Below, piece after piece: positions 12,481-25,739 of a stretch of 64,000 nt of DNA. Numbering within the stretch: position 1 is the stretch's first letter; each line of letters opens with the position of its first letter. The notes under the pieces were generated by a model. The model ran no database searches and was not told where the DNA came from. It saw nothing but the letters and a program-made list of their open reading frames with translations. The DNA is from Octopus sinensis (taxonomy: Eukaryota), in assembly GCF_006345805.1 (NCBI RefSeq), contig NC_043009.1, positions 53,196,001 through 53,260,000 on the forward strand. The letters run 5' to 3'. The position numbers and the translations under genes are program-made.

Positions 12481-12511
<31 letters not shown>

Positions 12512-12800
12512 TATATATTATATATATAATATGTATATATATAGTATGTATATGTATATATATATATATATATATGTATATGTTATATATATATCTATGT
12601 ATAATAGTATAATTATATATATATGTTATGTATATATATATATATATGTTATAATATATATATTATATATATATATATATATATTTAATCTATATATATA
12701 TATGTATATATATAGATATATATATATGTATATATATATATATATGTATATATATATGATATATATAGAGATATATATATGTAGAATTATATTATATATA

Positions 12801-12842
<42 letters not shown>

Positions 12843-13144
12843 ATATAGATATATATATATATATATATATATATCGTATATATAATATATATATATATAT
12901 ATGATATATATATATATATAATATATATAATATATATATATATGTTATATATAGATATATATATATCTATATATATATATATATACTTTGATAGGTTCGG
13001 CCATTATTGGCCCAGGCCATGTCTAACTAATAGCACCACCATATAGATATATATATATATTATATATATATATTGGTATATATATATGTATATATATATA
13101 TGTATATATATATATATAATATATTATATATATAATATATATAT

Positions 13145-13191
<47 letters not shown>

Positions 13192-13341
13192 ATATATATA
13201 TATATATAGATATATATATATATGTATATATATATATTATATATATATATATTATATATATATATGTATATATAGATATATATATATGTAATATATTTAT
13301 ATATGTATTAGGGTAATATATATATATGTATATAATATATA

Positions 13342-13410
<69 letters not shown>

Positions 13411-13440
13411 GTAATATATATGTATATAGATATATATGTA

Positions 13441-13537
<97 letters not shown>

Positions 13538-13562
13538 GGATATATATATGTATATATATCTG

Positions 13563-13607
<45 letters not shown>

Positions 13608-13686
13608 ATATATGTGTATATATATATATATGTATATATATATATTTAGATATATATAGATATATGTATATATATATATGTATATG

Positions 13687-13717
<31 letters not shown>

Positions 13718-13757
13718 GTATATCTATATATATATATATATAGTATTATATTATAGG

Positions 13758-13789
<32 letters not shown>

Positions 13790-13867
13790 TATATACTATA
13801 TGGATATAATAATATTATATATGTATATATATATAGATATAGGTGTATATATATATTATAATATATG

Positions 13868-13941
<74 letters not shown>

Positions 13942-14046
13942 ATATATATATATATAATATATATATATATATATTATATATATACATATATAATATATAC
14001 ATATATATATATATACATATATATACATATATTATATACATATATA

Positions 14047-14086
<40 letters not shown>

Positions 14087-14112
14087 GATATATGTATATA
14101 TATAATATATAT

Positions 14113-14167
<55 letters not shown>

Positions 14168-14303
14168 ATATATATATATGTATATATGTATAATATATAT
14201 ATATGTATATATATATATTTAGAATTATCTATATTATAATATATAGATATATGTATATATATATATTATATGTATATATATACATGTATATATAGTATAT
14301 CTG

Positions 14304-14352
<49 letters not shown>

Positions 14353-14621
14353 GGTATATATCTATATATATATATATATATGTAGATCTAATATTCTATA
14401 TGTATATATATATAATAATATGTATATATATATATATATATGTATTATATATATATGTAATATATGTATATTATATATCTATGTATATATTATATATATA
14501 TATGTATATATAGTCTATATATCTATATATATATGTATATATATATTATATATATGTATATTATCTATATATTAATATTCTATGTATATGTATATATATA
14601 TATAGTATATATATATATAGT

Positions 14622-14653
<32 letters not shown>

Positions 14654-14704
14654 GATATATGTATATATATATATATATTATGTCTATATATATATATATA
14701 TCTA

Positions 14705-14764
<60 letters not shown>

Positions 14765-14841
14765 CTATATATTATATAATATATCTGTCTATATATATAT
14801 ATCTATGTATATATATATATATTGTTATATATATCTATGTC

Positions 14842-14875
<34 letters not shown>

Positions 14876-14934
14876 TTATATAGATATGATATATATATAT
14901 ATATGTATATATATATTATGATTATATATATCGA

Positions 14935-14967
<33 letters not shown>

Positions 14968-14973
14968 TATATG

Positions 14974-15004
<31 letters not shown>

Positions 15005-15144
15005 CTATATATATTATGTATAATCTATATATATATAGCTATATATATGTATATAGATATATCATCTGAGATATAGATATATATGATATATATATATATA
15101 TATCTATCTATGTTATATATATATATATATGTATATATATATAG

Positions 15145-15196
<52 letters not shown>

Positions 15197-15268
15197 GTAT
15201 ATTATAATATATATATATATTATATATATATCTATATATATATATATAATGTATATATATATATATAT

Positions 15269-15353
<85 letters not shown>

Positions 15354-15371
15354 GATATATATATATATGTA

Positions 15372-15419
<48 letters not shown>

Positions 15420-15450
15420 GTATATATATATATATGTATATATATATTAT
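12385..15450. repeat. About 3-kb degenerate (TA)n tract at the start of intron 1
   Basis: Direct inspection; source of many YIYI ORFs. Confidence 0.95.
12984..13040 (-). mobile_element. Isolated 3' terminus of a CR1-clade LINE inside (TA)n
   Basis: ggtggtgctattagttagacatggcctg is near-identical to the 3' UTR at 2207-2273. Confidence 0.75.
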
Positions 15451-15457
15451 TTTCAAT

Positions 15458-16443
15458 ATTGGTGTCCAATATTGGTGTCACTGGAAAGCTGCTGCACTGT
15501 CCAATATTGGTGTCACTGGAAGCTGCTGCAATGGATCAAGTGCTTCCTCTCTAACAGAACCCAACATGTTGTAGTCGAAGGGTCAAATCCACCGCCAGCC
15601 AAAGTCAGCAGTGTTGTCCCCCACAAGCACTGTGTTGGGCCCACTTCTCTCTCATCATCTACATAAATGATATTACTGACACCATCAAACACAGCAACAT
15701 CAGAACCTTCGCTGATGATTCCAAGCTCCAGAAGGTCATCAATGGCGTGGATGACCGAATAAACCTTCAGTCAGACCTACTGGCTGTTGTCCAATGGCGG
15801 AAAAGAATAACATTTGCTAAATGAAGACAAATTCGAACTGATCCACTTTGGAAGGAGGACGCTCTGAACTCCCATACTCTCTTCCTTCTGGAGAAATTCT
15901 CATGGCATCCAACAACATCAGAGACCTGGGAGTAACAGTGGACAACAACATAAGCTGGGCTACACATATAAGCAGCAAAGTTGACATGGCCCGCAAATGT
16001 GTTCCTGGATTCTCAGAACCTTCCAGTCGAGAGATTCCCCGCTATTATCCTTCTCTTCTCCACTTTTGCCCGACCCCACCTTGAATACTGCTGTCCACTG
16101 TGGTCTCCCTACACAAAACAAAATATTATGAGAATTGAAGCTCCCCAAAGGTCAATCACAAAAAAGATAGATGGCATGTCAGACCTTGACTACTGGGGTA
16201 GACTAGAGAAGCTGAAATTGTAGTCACTCCAACGACGCCGTGAACGCTACATTATCTGTATGATGTGGAAAATATTCCATCAGCACTGTCCGAATGATGT
16301 TGGCATCACCTTCAAAATGCATCCAAGGCTTGGACCACGTGCCATCCGTCCACAACAAAAATCTAAATCGCATCACATAACGACAATACGGCACAACTAT
16401 TTCACCTCAATTGGACCCGCTCTCTTCAACATTACACCAGGAC
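15458..16443 (+). mobile_element. CR1-clade LINE RT/C-terminal fragment, frameshifted
   Basis: IYINDI, RTFADDSKL, IRDLGV, RPHLEYCCPLWSP, HPRLGPRAIRP match the 2207-4877 family; short 5' duplication at 15458-15535; (TA)n on both sides. Confidence 0.9.
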
Positions 16444-16448
16444 ACGTA

Positions 16449-16506
<58 letters not shown>

Positions 16507-16507
16507 T

Positions 16508-16637
<130 letters not shown>

Positions 16638-16720
16638 TGTATAGTATATATATAATATGTATGTATAATATATATATATATACTATATTATATATATATA
16701 TACATACACATATAATATAC

Positions 16721-16760
<40 letters not shown>

Positions 16761-16924
16761 ATACATATATATATATATACATATATATATGTATATATAT
16801 ATATAATATATATATATATACATACATACATACATATATATATAATCTATATATATAATATATATATATAATATTGAAACAGTAAGTGACGACCAGTATG
16901 GCTAAAGTATTGATCGCTTCGATC

Positions 16925-18410
16925 CTGTTTCTGGTATCCAGCTCTGTCTTGAGTAATGCCCTTGCCCTGCGATAACAGTCTCTTCAAATCCTTTCCATCA
17001 TTATTGAATATTTGATTCCATCCCCTTCAAATACCGCAAGGTATTTGTAGCCCTCCACTGGTTCTAACTCCTTTATTACATACTGCTGGTCAAGATTAAC
17101 TTTGGATGTTTCTGTCATTTTTATTCCGATAAAAGTAGCTTTTGCATATTTATCGCGGTCAAATTGCATCCTGGTGTCATCATTGAATTGTTTAACAATC
17201 GCTAGTAAACCCTGTAGCTGTTGGTCATTTCTTGCAAAGAGCTTTAAATCATCCATGTAAATGAGATGATTTATATTTTTATCAAACATTTAATAACCGT
17301 ATTGTATACCATTGAGCAATTTCGAGAGAGGCATTAAGGACAGACAAAAGAAGAGTGGTGATAGAGAATCACTCTGGAAAATGCCACATAAAATTCTTAC
17401 ATCTCAAGCATTTAGAGATTCATTGGCCCTGTTCAAAGTCAGTGTGGTTCTCCATGATCTCATACTTGCAGACAAGAAGTTTCCCAGACTAGGTGCTATT
17501 TTAATCATTTTCAGACGTTTCTCAATCCAACTGCGTAGTAGACTATCAAAAGCTTTTTTATTGTCTATCCAGGCTATCGACAAGATTTTGTGCCGTTTGA
17601 GACAATCTTCCAAGATCATCTTATTGATGAGTAGCTTATTTTTACAAGCATAGGACCCACGTTTACATCCTTTTTGATCATTAGGGAATATGCCATTTTC
17701 TATTAAAAAACTATAGGTATATTCAGTGAAGACAGATGTTAGTATTTTGTACATTGTAGTTAAGCTGGTTATTGGTCTATAATTTTTGGTTTATTTGTTT
17801 CTTCATGTTTTCGAAGTAGGAATGTTATACCATTAACTATCCAAGGGGAAATCACACTAGGTTGTTTCAAAACATTATTGTAAAGTTTTGTTAGCAGTTC
17901 ATGACACTCTGGGAGGGTATTCAACCAGAAATTAGGAATTTTATCCTTTCCTGGATATTTCCATTTGCTTGACTTCCTGAGAGAAGATCTTACATCATCT
18001 ACCTTGATATCCTCCCACTTTTGCTCTTCTAAGGGGTCTAAGTCTGTAGATATCCTATGAATCCAAGGGTCTTTTTCATTGTGTGTTTTTTCTTCTGCCC
18101 AAAGTTTATTCCACAATTCCTGTATTTCTTCTTTTGTTGCAGTAGACTTTGCTGTAAGTGGTATTTTTCCTATTTTACTGTAAAAATCTTTGGGTTTATT
18201 TTTGAACATGCTGTTGTCCTTGAAGGATCTAACGTGCTTTTCATACCTTGCTATGCGGACAGCTTTAGCACATGCATTTTGATTGATAGTTTCTATGATG
18301 GTATCGATGTCAAATATGGTTTTCATATATTTTTTCTTTAATATTCGGATTTTTGTTGGTTTGGTAGTCTTGTCAAACTTAAGGATTTTTAAACATTCTA
18401 TGTCAGTTCT
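16925..18410 (-). mobile_element. R4/Dong-like (RLE-type) LINE RT fragment B
   Basis: KYPGKDKIPNFWL, QKGCKRGSYACKNKLLINKMILEDC, WIDNKKAFDS, HLIYMDDLKLFA, YKYL motifs; multiple stops and frameshifts. Confidence 0.85.
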
Positions 18411-19330
18411 AAGTAAGTTCTCAGAATCAGTGTTAGTGGTATCAAGCACAGTACAAAGACCAGTGGAGACAGGCAATCCCCTTGGAAGATGCCCCTCCTA
18501 ATTTCTACTGTCCCTAAACTTCCCTATGCTGTCAGGTCCGTCTTCCAATTCGCCATACTTTTTCCAAGCAATCGCTCAACATTTGATGCAATACCAAATA
18601 GGTTTATACACTTCATAATCCAAGAATGTCGGATGATATCGTACGCCTTACGATAGTCGATCCATGATATGGCTAAGTTACTTTTCCTCCTCTTGCAGTC
18701 TCTGAGTACAGTTTTCTCTATCAAGAGTTCATCCTTGGTACCTCTGCAATTACGCTTGCAACCCTTCTAATCATGTGCAGAACTCCATTTTCCCCCAGAT
18801 GTTCGTACATTGACTCTGTGAGTATTCCAGTCAATAACTACCACATAAGTGGCAAACAGGACATCGGCCTGTAATTGTCTACCGCATTGCCCTTTTCGAT
18901 GTTTTTCAGGCACAGCACTGTCTTACCCAATGTCACCCACTCTGGTGTTAGTTGGTCGGCATTTAACAAGGTGTAGAGTTGTGCAGCTATTCGTGCATAA
19001 CATTCACCAAATCGTTTGATCCAGTAGCCTTGAACTGCATCTGGTCCCGGGGCCTTCCAGTTGCTAATTTTTGCTAATTTCCTTCACTTCTCTAACTGAA
19101 ATGACTAGTTCTGCCTGTTTTGGTAAGATTACTGTTTGTTTCAGTTCTTGCAACCATTCAGCATCCTTCTTGTGCTCCGTGTCTTTGCTCCAGATTTCAC
19201 TCCAAAACCGTTGATTTTCAATGTTATCTGTGTCAGCATTTCATCTGTACACTCTCCATTTATTTATTTATAGAATCTCTTCTGATCTACTCTGAATAAC
19301 CTATTCTGGTGGTAACCCTTCATTCTTTGG
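18410..19330 (-). mobile_element. R4/Dong-like LINE RT fragment A (different subfamily), abutting fragment B
   Basis: [54 protein letters not shown] motifs. Confidence 0.82.
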
Positions 19331-19604
19331 TCGTATCTTACCCTTTGCAACGAGGCGCTGTTTCAGTGCCTCCATTACTACTTTCAGGCTCTTTCTTTCA
19401 ATATTATACTTCCTTTTCAGCGCCCTGTATTTTTTATTAACGTCATCATTATATGCCCCCACCTCCTTCCCACTCCTCCTCGTCGTCGTTTTAATCGCCT
19501 CTCTTCCATACACGCATGAGTCGGACAGAATTCGTTGAAGCGGATTTTCTGTTGCCGGATGCCCTTCATACATACACGCATGCATACATACATTTTGAGA
19601 GATT

Positions 19605-20719
19605 GTTTTAAAAATATTTAATTGCATCATTTTACGCGTGTTTCATTAACACAGCCTTTTTATCCGTTATAATACGCGAATTATTTAATGAAATTGCTTT
19701 CTCAAGCAATCTCTTCAATTGTGTTTTCTATGTCTTCTGTGATATATCCTACAAGATGATACAAATCCTCCCTACAGTTTCCCTTCAGACATACAGAAAT
19801 ACAAATGAACCTCTAAGTATGCTATTAGAGGTTCATTTGATGTGCTATTTAAATTTGAAATCGCTCGCACACAAACACACATGCGCGCGCGTGCAATAAA
19901 ATTGACGGAAAGAATGCAGTGAGCTTGATGCCGTAGTGTGTGGGAAGTCCAACGTTTCAGACAGATTTTACAAATGATGTAAGTCTCTGAAATCTGTTTG
20001 GTTATATGCTTGTCAGTCTATCTGCATGCATGCATGTATGTATATACATATATACATACATACATGTATGTGCGTGTGTGTATATGTGTGTGTGTGTACA
20101 CATATATACATATAGTGAGAGCTTCCATAAAAGAACAAATATTGTCCTCTATGCTATCTCTAAACACGGATACTCTCCTCTACATACACATACCAACTGC
20201 TCGTTCTCTCTTCCTAACTCCTCATAGAACTGTATTCCCTCCTGCTCCTTAAACTTTGTATTTTTCCTATTTTCTTTGTTATTTTGAAATACCTTTTCTC
20301 TTATTGTTCCCACTTATTTTCTTTCTTTCTTTCTTCCGATGCAGGACTAGTGTCCGAAACATCAATAATTCTTTCATTTCGTTTCATGCGTTAAACTAAT
20401 ACCATCGTTCTTAAAACTAATTCTTCTCTTTTAGTCTTCTATTTTTGCTCATAAACTACTATTTATAACTATTAACTATGAGATGGTAATTTCCTGTTAC
20501 ATGAACACCCTAACTTAGAAACATTAAACGATAGAAAAAAGGGAAACTGTAGGGAGGATTTGTATCATCTTGTAGGATATATCACAGAAGACATAAAAAA
20601 TACAATTGAAGAGATTGCTTGAGAAAGCAATTTCATTAAATAATTCGCGTATTATAACGGATAAAAAGGCTGTGTTAATGAAATACGCGTAAAATGATGC
20701 AATTAAATATTTTATAAAC
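19605..20719. repeat. Long inverted repeat pair (19605-19785 / 20539-20719), PLE-like
   Basis: About 180-bp near-identical arms with a roughly 750-bp spacer that contains the hammerhead-like motif at 20331. Confidence 0.85.
20331..20368 (+). ncRNA. Hammerhead-like motif, degenerate
   Basis: CCGATGC-A-GGAC-tagt-GTCC-GAAAC-ATC; downstream actaatac is shared with the other copies. Confidence 0.5.
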
Positions 20720-21543
20720 ATCAATATGTTATGGGTAGATAAATTATTAACTAACCCCAGAGCTAGGGAAGTGTCATATACTGTCAGTTACAATGCAAGA
20801 CTTAAACACTAATTAGTTCCATCGGTACATAGCATTAGCAGAAAATTATTTGTATATCTTATAAAGGAGCATTCAATCCTGCTGCACATTATTAGAATGA
20901 TGCGTAAAAAGAAATCGAATTGAAAGAAAATTAGCGCAAGACTTAGAGAAATCAACAACACACAGAAAAGAATGAGGAAGTATAAATTGAAGGTATAATG
21001 TAAGGAAGAATGAGAGAAAAAAGAATTGAAAGGAAAAAAGCAGGCTGGAAAAGCATCATTAACCTACATACTCTCCTTATCTCAGGTAACACAATGCACA
21101 TAGGAATAGCACAATGACGTAAACAACATAACTTTTTCCCGACGCCTTTCAATTCAATCCTTATAAAATATCGCCACATGAATTATCAATCACGTTGTTT
21201 GCCCTTAATCTCTACCAAGACAAATATTTCCGAAATTACTTCTCAGACAACAGATTTTGAGGCCATTTCCCTAACACTCCTTTCAGTTCCTCTTTTTCCT
21301 CTTCTTATTCTCTTTCTTTTTTTTTCTCTCTCTCTCACCCTTTCTTTGCGTCCTGTTAATTATTCTCTTCTTTACCCCACACCCCTCATTTCAATCTTCC
21401 CTCGTCCACCCACTTGTTCTTTTAAAACTCTTTCAATAGCAGTTCTGAGAAAAATCACACGGCTAGAACAGGTTTTATCAAATATTGTCAGTATCATAAG
21501 CACGTTAATTCAAACACACAAAGACAGGTTTCCATACCTTACG

Positions 21544-21626
<83 letters not shown>

Positions 21627-22250
21627 ATATCCATCATGTTAGAACGTATTAGAGTAAACAAGATTTGTGAGAATTCAATACCGAATAAAAATAATACCTA
21701 AAATTATAAAATGCAAGTGTGTGAAAAGGCGGTGTGAAAGGTCATACCTTGAATTGTGTAAAAACTGCTTTCTGTATAATCTAAACAGCACGGGAGCGAT
21801 CTAATGGGGTTAAATGATTTAAAATAAAAGAGCTTTGTCTAGTTGTTAGTGACTGACATAAATTCTGAGAAGTATTTAAATCCATCTGAAGAAAAAGCTT
21901 GCACCTAGTGGCTCCTTCACTTAAGCACAAACATACAAATGCACAAATACACACACACACTCGTGCACGCGCGCACACACACACGACCACGCACGCACGC
22001 ACACACACACACACACACACACACAAGACAGGTTTCTGTAAGTTTCTGCCTGCTAGTTCTACTCATAAGGCTTTGGTTGGCCTGAGGCTGTAGCAGAAGA
22101 GAAGACACTTGCTCAAGGTGCTACGCAATGGGCCTGAACCCGGAACTCTATAGCTGGGAGACAAACTTCTTATCGCTTAGCCATGCCGTCGCATATGTGT
22201 GTGTGTGCGTGTGTGTGTGTGTGTGCGTGTGTGCGAATATATATATAAGA

Positions 22251-22481
22251 AGGCGGCGAGCTGGCAGAAACGTTAGCGCGCCGGGCGATAGGCTTAGCGG
22301 TATTTCGTCTGTCGTTACGTTCTGAGTTCAAATTCCGCCGAGGTCGACTTTACCTTTCATCCTTTTGGGGTCGATAAATAAAGTAACAGTTTCGCACTGG
22401 GGTCAATGTAATCGACTTACTCCCTTTGTCTGTCCTTGTTTGTCCCCTCTATGTTTAGCCCCTTGTGGGCAGTAAAGAAAT
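22251..22481 (+). mobile_element. SINE family C (ggcggcgagctggcaga head, gagttcaaattcc B-box-like)
   Basis: Other copies: 39076-39307(-), 39350-39500(+), 39568-39740(+), 41391-41626(-), 45278-46410 cluster, 56530-56768(-), 59608-59790(+). Confidence 0.85.
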
Positions 22482-22759
22482 ATATATATATAATTTTGTT
22501 GAAGTGGGAGTGAATGTGGCAAAGATGGCCCACGTTAATGGGCCTACTCTGATTGTAAGCTGGGGGAGTTGAGAAGGAGGGAAGCACTTGCTGAGGTACC
22601 CTTGGCGGTTGGGATAATCAGGATGTGTGGGGTTATCCCTGGGTGGACTCTCCCACCATTTTGGGAAATTTCATTGTCGAATTTTTGTTATTAATTGTTC
22701 TTGTTTTAATTCATGCAAGAAGTTTTGTGCTAGACCCCACTTGTCCCATGTGATGTATT

Positions 22760-23440
22760 GCCCCTTTTTGCTTTGTGTTCGGCTCTCCTGTCCAATTAAG
22801 AAAACAATATGTTCCGCTTTAGAGCATAAGTGGTGGGGAAGTGCGAAGTGGTTCTCGGGGGAACTCTGGGCACCGACGAGAACGAACTGGTTAGTCTGTT
22901 CCGGAGGACTTTCCGGTCGGGAACTATCATGGATAATTTTCAGATGTCCTTGGCCTGTCAGTGCTACCGGGGTGGGGTTGGGGTCACTACCGGTTCGAGT
23001 ATGTGCTGTCAGACGGGCTTGTCCGAAGTGCGCGCAGAATGACGAAACCGTTCAGCACGCCCTCGTTGAGTGTCCGGGCATTGCTGACTTGTGGGGTTAT
23101 GTCGAACAGCTGCTGTCACGAGTGGGACGGTTCCGTCTGTCGGCCGAGTCTGTAATGATGATCGCACCATCACCCTCCTACAATCGGACAGGCAAAGCGG
23201 TTTTTTTCCTTGCCTGGTGGCTGTGGTGGAAGAGGTTGTTTGGCGGACAAGGCTGAAAAGCATGAGGACCGATACATTCCCTTTTGGTAGATCTCTCATT
23301 GACTTCTTCAAGTTACACTTGAAAAGGAAACTGAGTGGAGATGGAAGTGCTGACCTCGAGTGAGTTTATTGAAAAGTGGGTGAATGTTGCAAGAAGGGCA
23401 AGAATGGATGGTACCTCTCTAAGTGTAGACTTGTGAGTCG
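22760..23440 (+). mobile_element. Tx1/L1-like LINE ORF2 C-terminal fragment (CCHC knuckle)
   Basis: CPKCAQNDETVQHALVECPGIADLW; homologous to 57464-58330. A short related piece lies at about 23880-23965. Confidence 0.75.
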
Positions 23441-23761
23441 GAGAGAAGGAATTGGATAGGACGCTTGCTCCTGGGATTTCAGGGAAATCTCGGACAGTGG
23501 GTTTCTTCGATTATTCCTTGAGGCCTTCCTGTATAAGGAGGGCCACATCTCTATTATCCTCCCCGCCACTTTTTTAAAACCTTTCTTTCTTTCTTTCTTT
23601 CTTTCTTCCTTCCTTTCTTTCTTCTGTTTCTCAATCATTTTTTTATGTGTAAACCCCCACAGTTTATGTCTCTCTTTGTATTGCCCCCCTCATCCTTCTC
23701 CCTTGTGGCAAATAAATGAAATCATCCTCATCATAATTATTATTATTATTATTATTATTAT

Positions 23762-23865
23762 TAAGGTCACTGACTAGAATCGAACTCAGAATCTTGGGGT
23801 TAGTAGCCCGCGCCCTTAACCACTACACCATATGCCCGTGGGCATATGGCGTAGTGGTTAAGAGG
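23762..23865 (-). mobile_element. Short tRNA-derived element with (TAA)n tail and inverted duplicate of its 5' end
   Basis: Minus strand gggcatatggtgtagtggttaagggcgcgggctactaaccccaagattctgagttcgattc; hairpin ttaaccactacaccatatgccc-gt-gggcatatggcgtagtggttaa. Confidence 0.7.
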
Positions 23866-24790
23866 ATATAAGCGAGAATGACCTGGAATAAACTTTGGCC
23901 ATAGAGGAGAACAGACTAACCATTCCCTTCGGAGGACTTTCAGGTCAGAGATTATAGACAACTTCCTCAAGTCATTAGCATGACAGTGCTACAGTATGGC
24001 ATGGCAAGTTCGAGACAATCTCTATAGCCATGTAAATGTCAACAGCCGGACCTTTCCGAGAGACGTTTAGGGACAGGAAACTGTCCCTAGCCCCATTGTT
24101 TAGTGTACACGCATTAGAGAATTGTGGATTTGCGTCGAATGCCTTCTGTCGTGCCTACGATGAATTAGGCTGATACATACTCGCACCACTTCTCGCAGTA
24201 TGTTTAACGGATGGAAGATGAGAATGGCATGACTGGTGAGGTTGAATGAGGATGGTTTTATAAGGTGTAAAAACTGGGAATAGGATATGAAAGAATAGTT
24301 AAGGCTTTTTTGTGATAAAGTATACCATGTTATCGCTTATTGCTTTCGGTGCTTCTATAGTCGTAAGCTGGCAAAGATACCCTTTGGCCCAACGGTACAT
24401 TCAGATTATGACAGTTGCAGGAAGAGAAAGCAGCACCAGTAATCGACAGGAACCAATTTGGAGGTGAGTAAACTGGAGTAATATGAAACTATGAGCCGCC
24501 GTTCTAGGAACTGAACTCTTGGCTTTATGACCTTGAGCCGAACACACTAACCACTATACTACTATACCACTTACTTTCACTGGAAGGAACTCAGTGGAAA
24601 CAAAATAATAGAAATACGGGGAGAAGGAGGAAAGAGGAGAGAGTATGAAGAATGTTGAAAAAGAGGTAGAAAGAAGGGGCAAGAGAAAGAATAAGTGTGA
24701 GGTGAGGTTAGGGTAGGGAATTGTGTATTGGCGTGAAAGTACCAAAACTAGATTAGGTAAAACCAGAATTTATCTTAGTGGGAGAGAGGT

Positions 24791-24825
<35 letters not shown>

Positions 24826-24826
24826 T

Positions 24827-24860
<34 letters not shown>

Positions 24861-24861
24861 A

Positions 24862-25238
24862 TGGGAAGCACTCCGTCGGTTACGACGATGAGGGGTCCGG
24901 TTGATCCGAATCAACGGAACAGCCTGCTCGTGAAATTAACGTGTAAGTGGCTGAGCACTCCACAGACAGTGTACCCTTAACGTAGTTCTCGGGGATATTC
25001 AGCGTGACACAGAGAGTGACAAGGCCGGCCTTTGAAATACAGGTACAACAGAAACAGGAAGTAAGAGTGAGAGAAAGTTTGTGAGAAAGAGTACAGCAGG
25101 GATCACCACCATCCCTGTCGGAGCCTCGTGGAGCTTTAGGGTTTTCGCTCAATAAACACTCACAACGCCCGGTGTGGGAATCGAAACCGCGATCCTACGA
25201 CCGCGAGTGGAGGCGCAATGGCCCAGTGGTTAGGGCAG

Positions 25239-25242
<4 letters not shown>
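24862..25242 (-). mobile_element. SINE family B copy with the first 34 nt inverted (25209-25242 on +)
   Basis: Body is the reverse complement of the 44646 copy from actcgcggtcg onward; the missing head lies adjacent in the opposite orientation. Confidence 0.88.
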
Positions 25243-25279
<37 letters not shown>

Positions 25280-25343
25280 TAACAATTGAGGATAAAATCT
25301 TTAAAAGAAAGTTGGTATCTACGAATAGTAGTACCCTCAAATA

Positions 25344-25401
<58 letters not shown>

Positions 25402-25579
25402 GGGAGATAAATAAAAATATATATGCATACATACAAACATATATGTACGTACCTACATCTACATGTATATATACATGCATATATAAATAATTATACGGAA
25501 GTACAGGACATCACAATAAGACGTAGAAACAGAAAAAGCCAAAAAACAAAAAACAAGAAAACGGAAAACGAAAACCAAA

Positions 25580-25625
25580 TACAGGACAGGTTACACAAGG
25601 ACAAAACCCCCGTCATCAGCTGTCG
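25580..25625 (-). ncRNA. Degenerate hammerhead relic
   Basis: GACAG-CTGATGA-CGGGGG/TCCTTG (GU-rich stem II)-TGTAAC (GAAAC mutated)-CT-GTC-CTGTA. Confidence 0.45.
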
Positions 25626-25739
25626 CTACTACACTTTCGTCCTTGCCAGCAAAAGGCTTGTGAATATGGGTTGGGCCTGATTGTCGATTACAAATAACAT
25701 ATAGTGTGAATATATTCTTTTTTTTTTTGGCACACCACC

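Noticed and set aside
23970-24420. Possible additional LINE/RNase H fragment
   Set aside because: No motif could be read with confidence.
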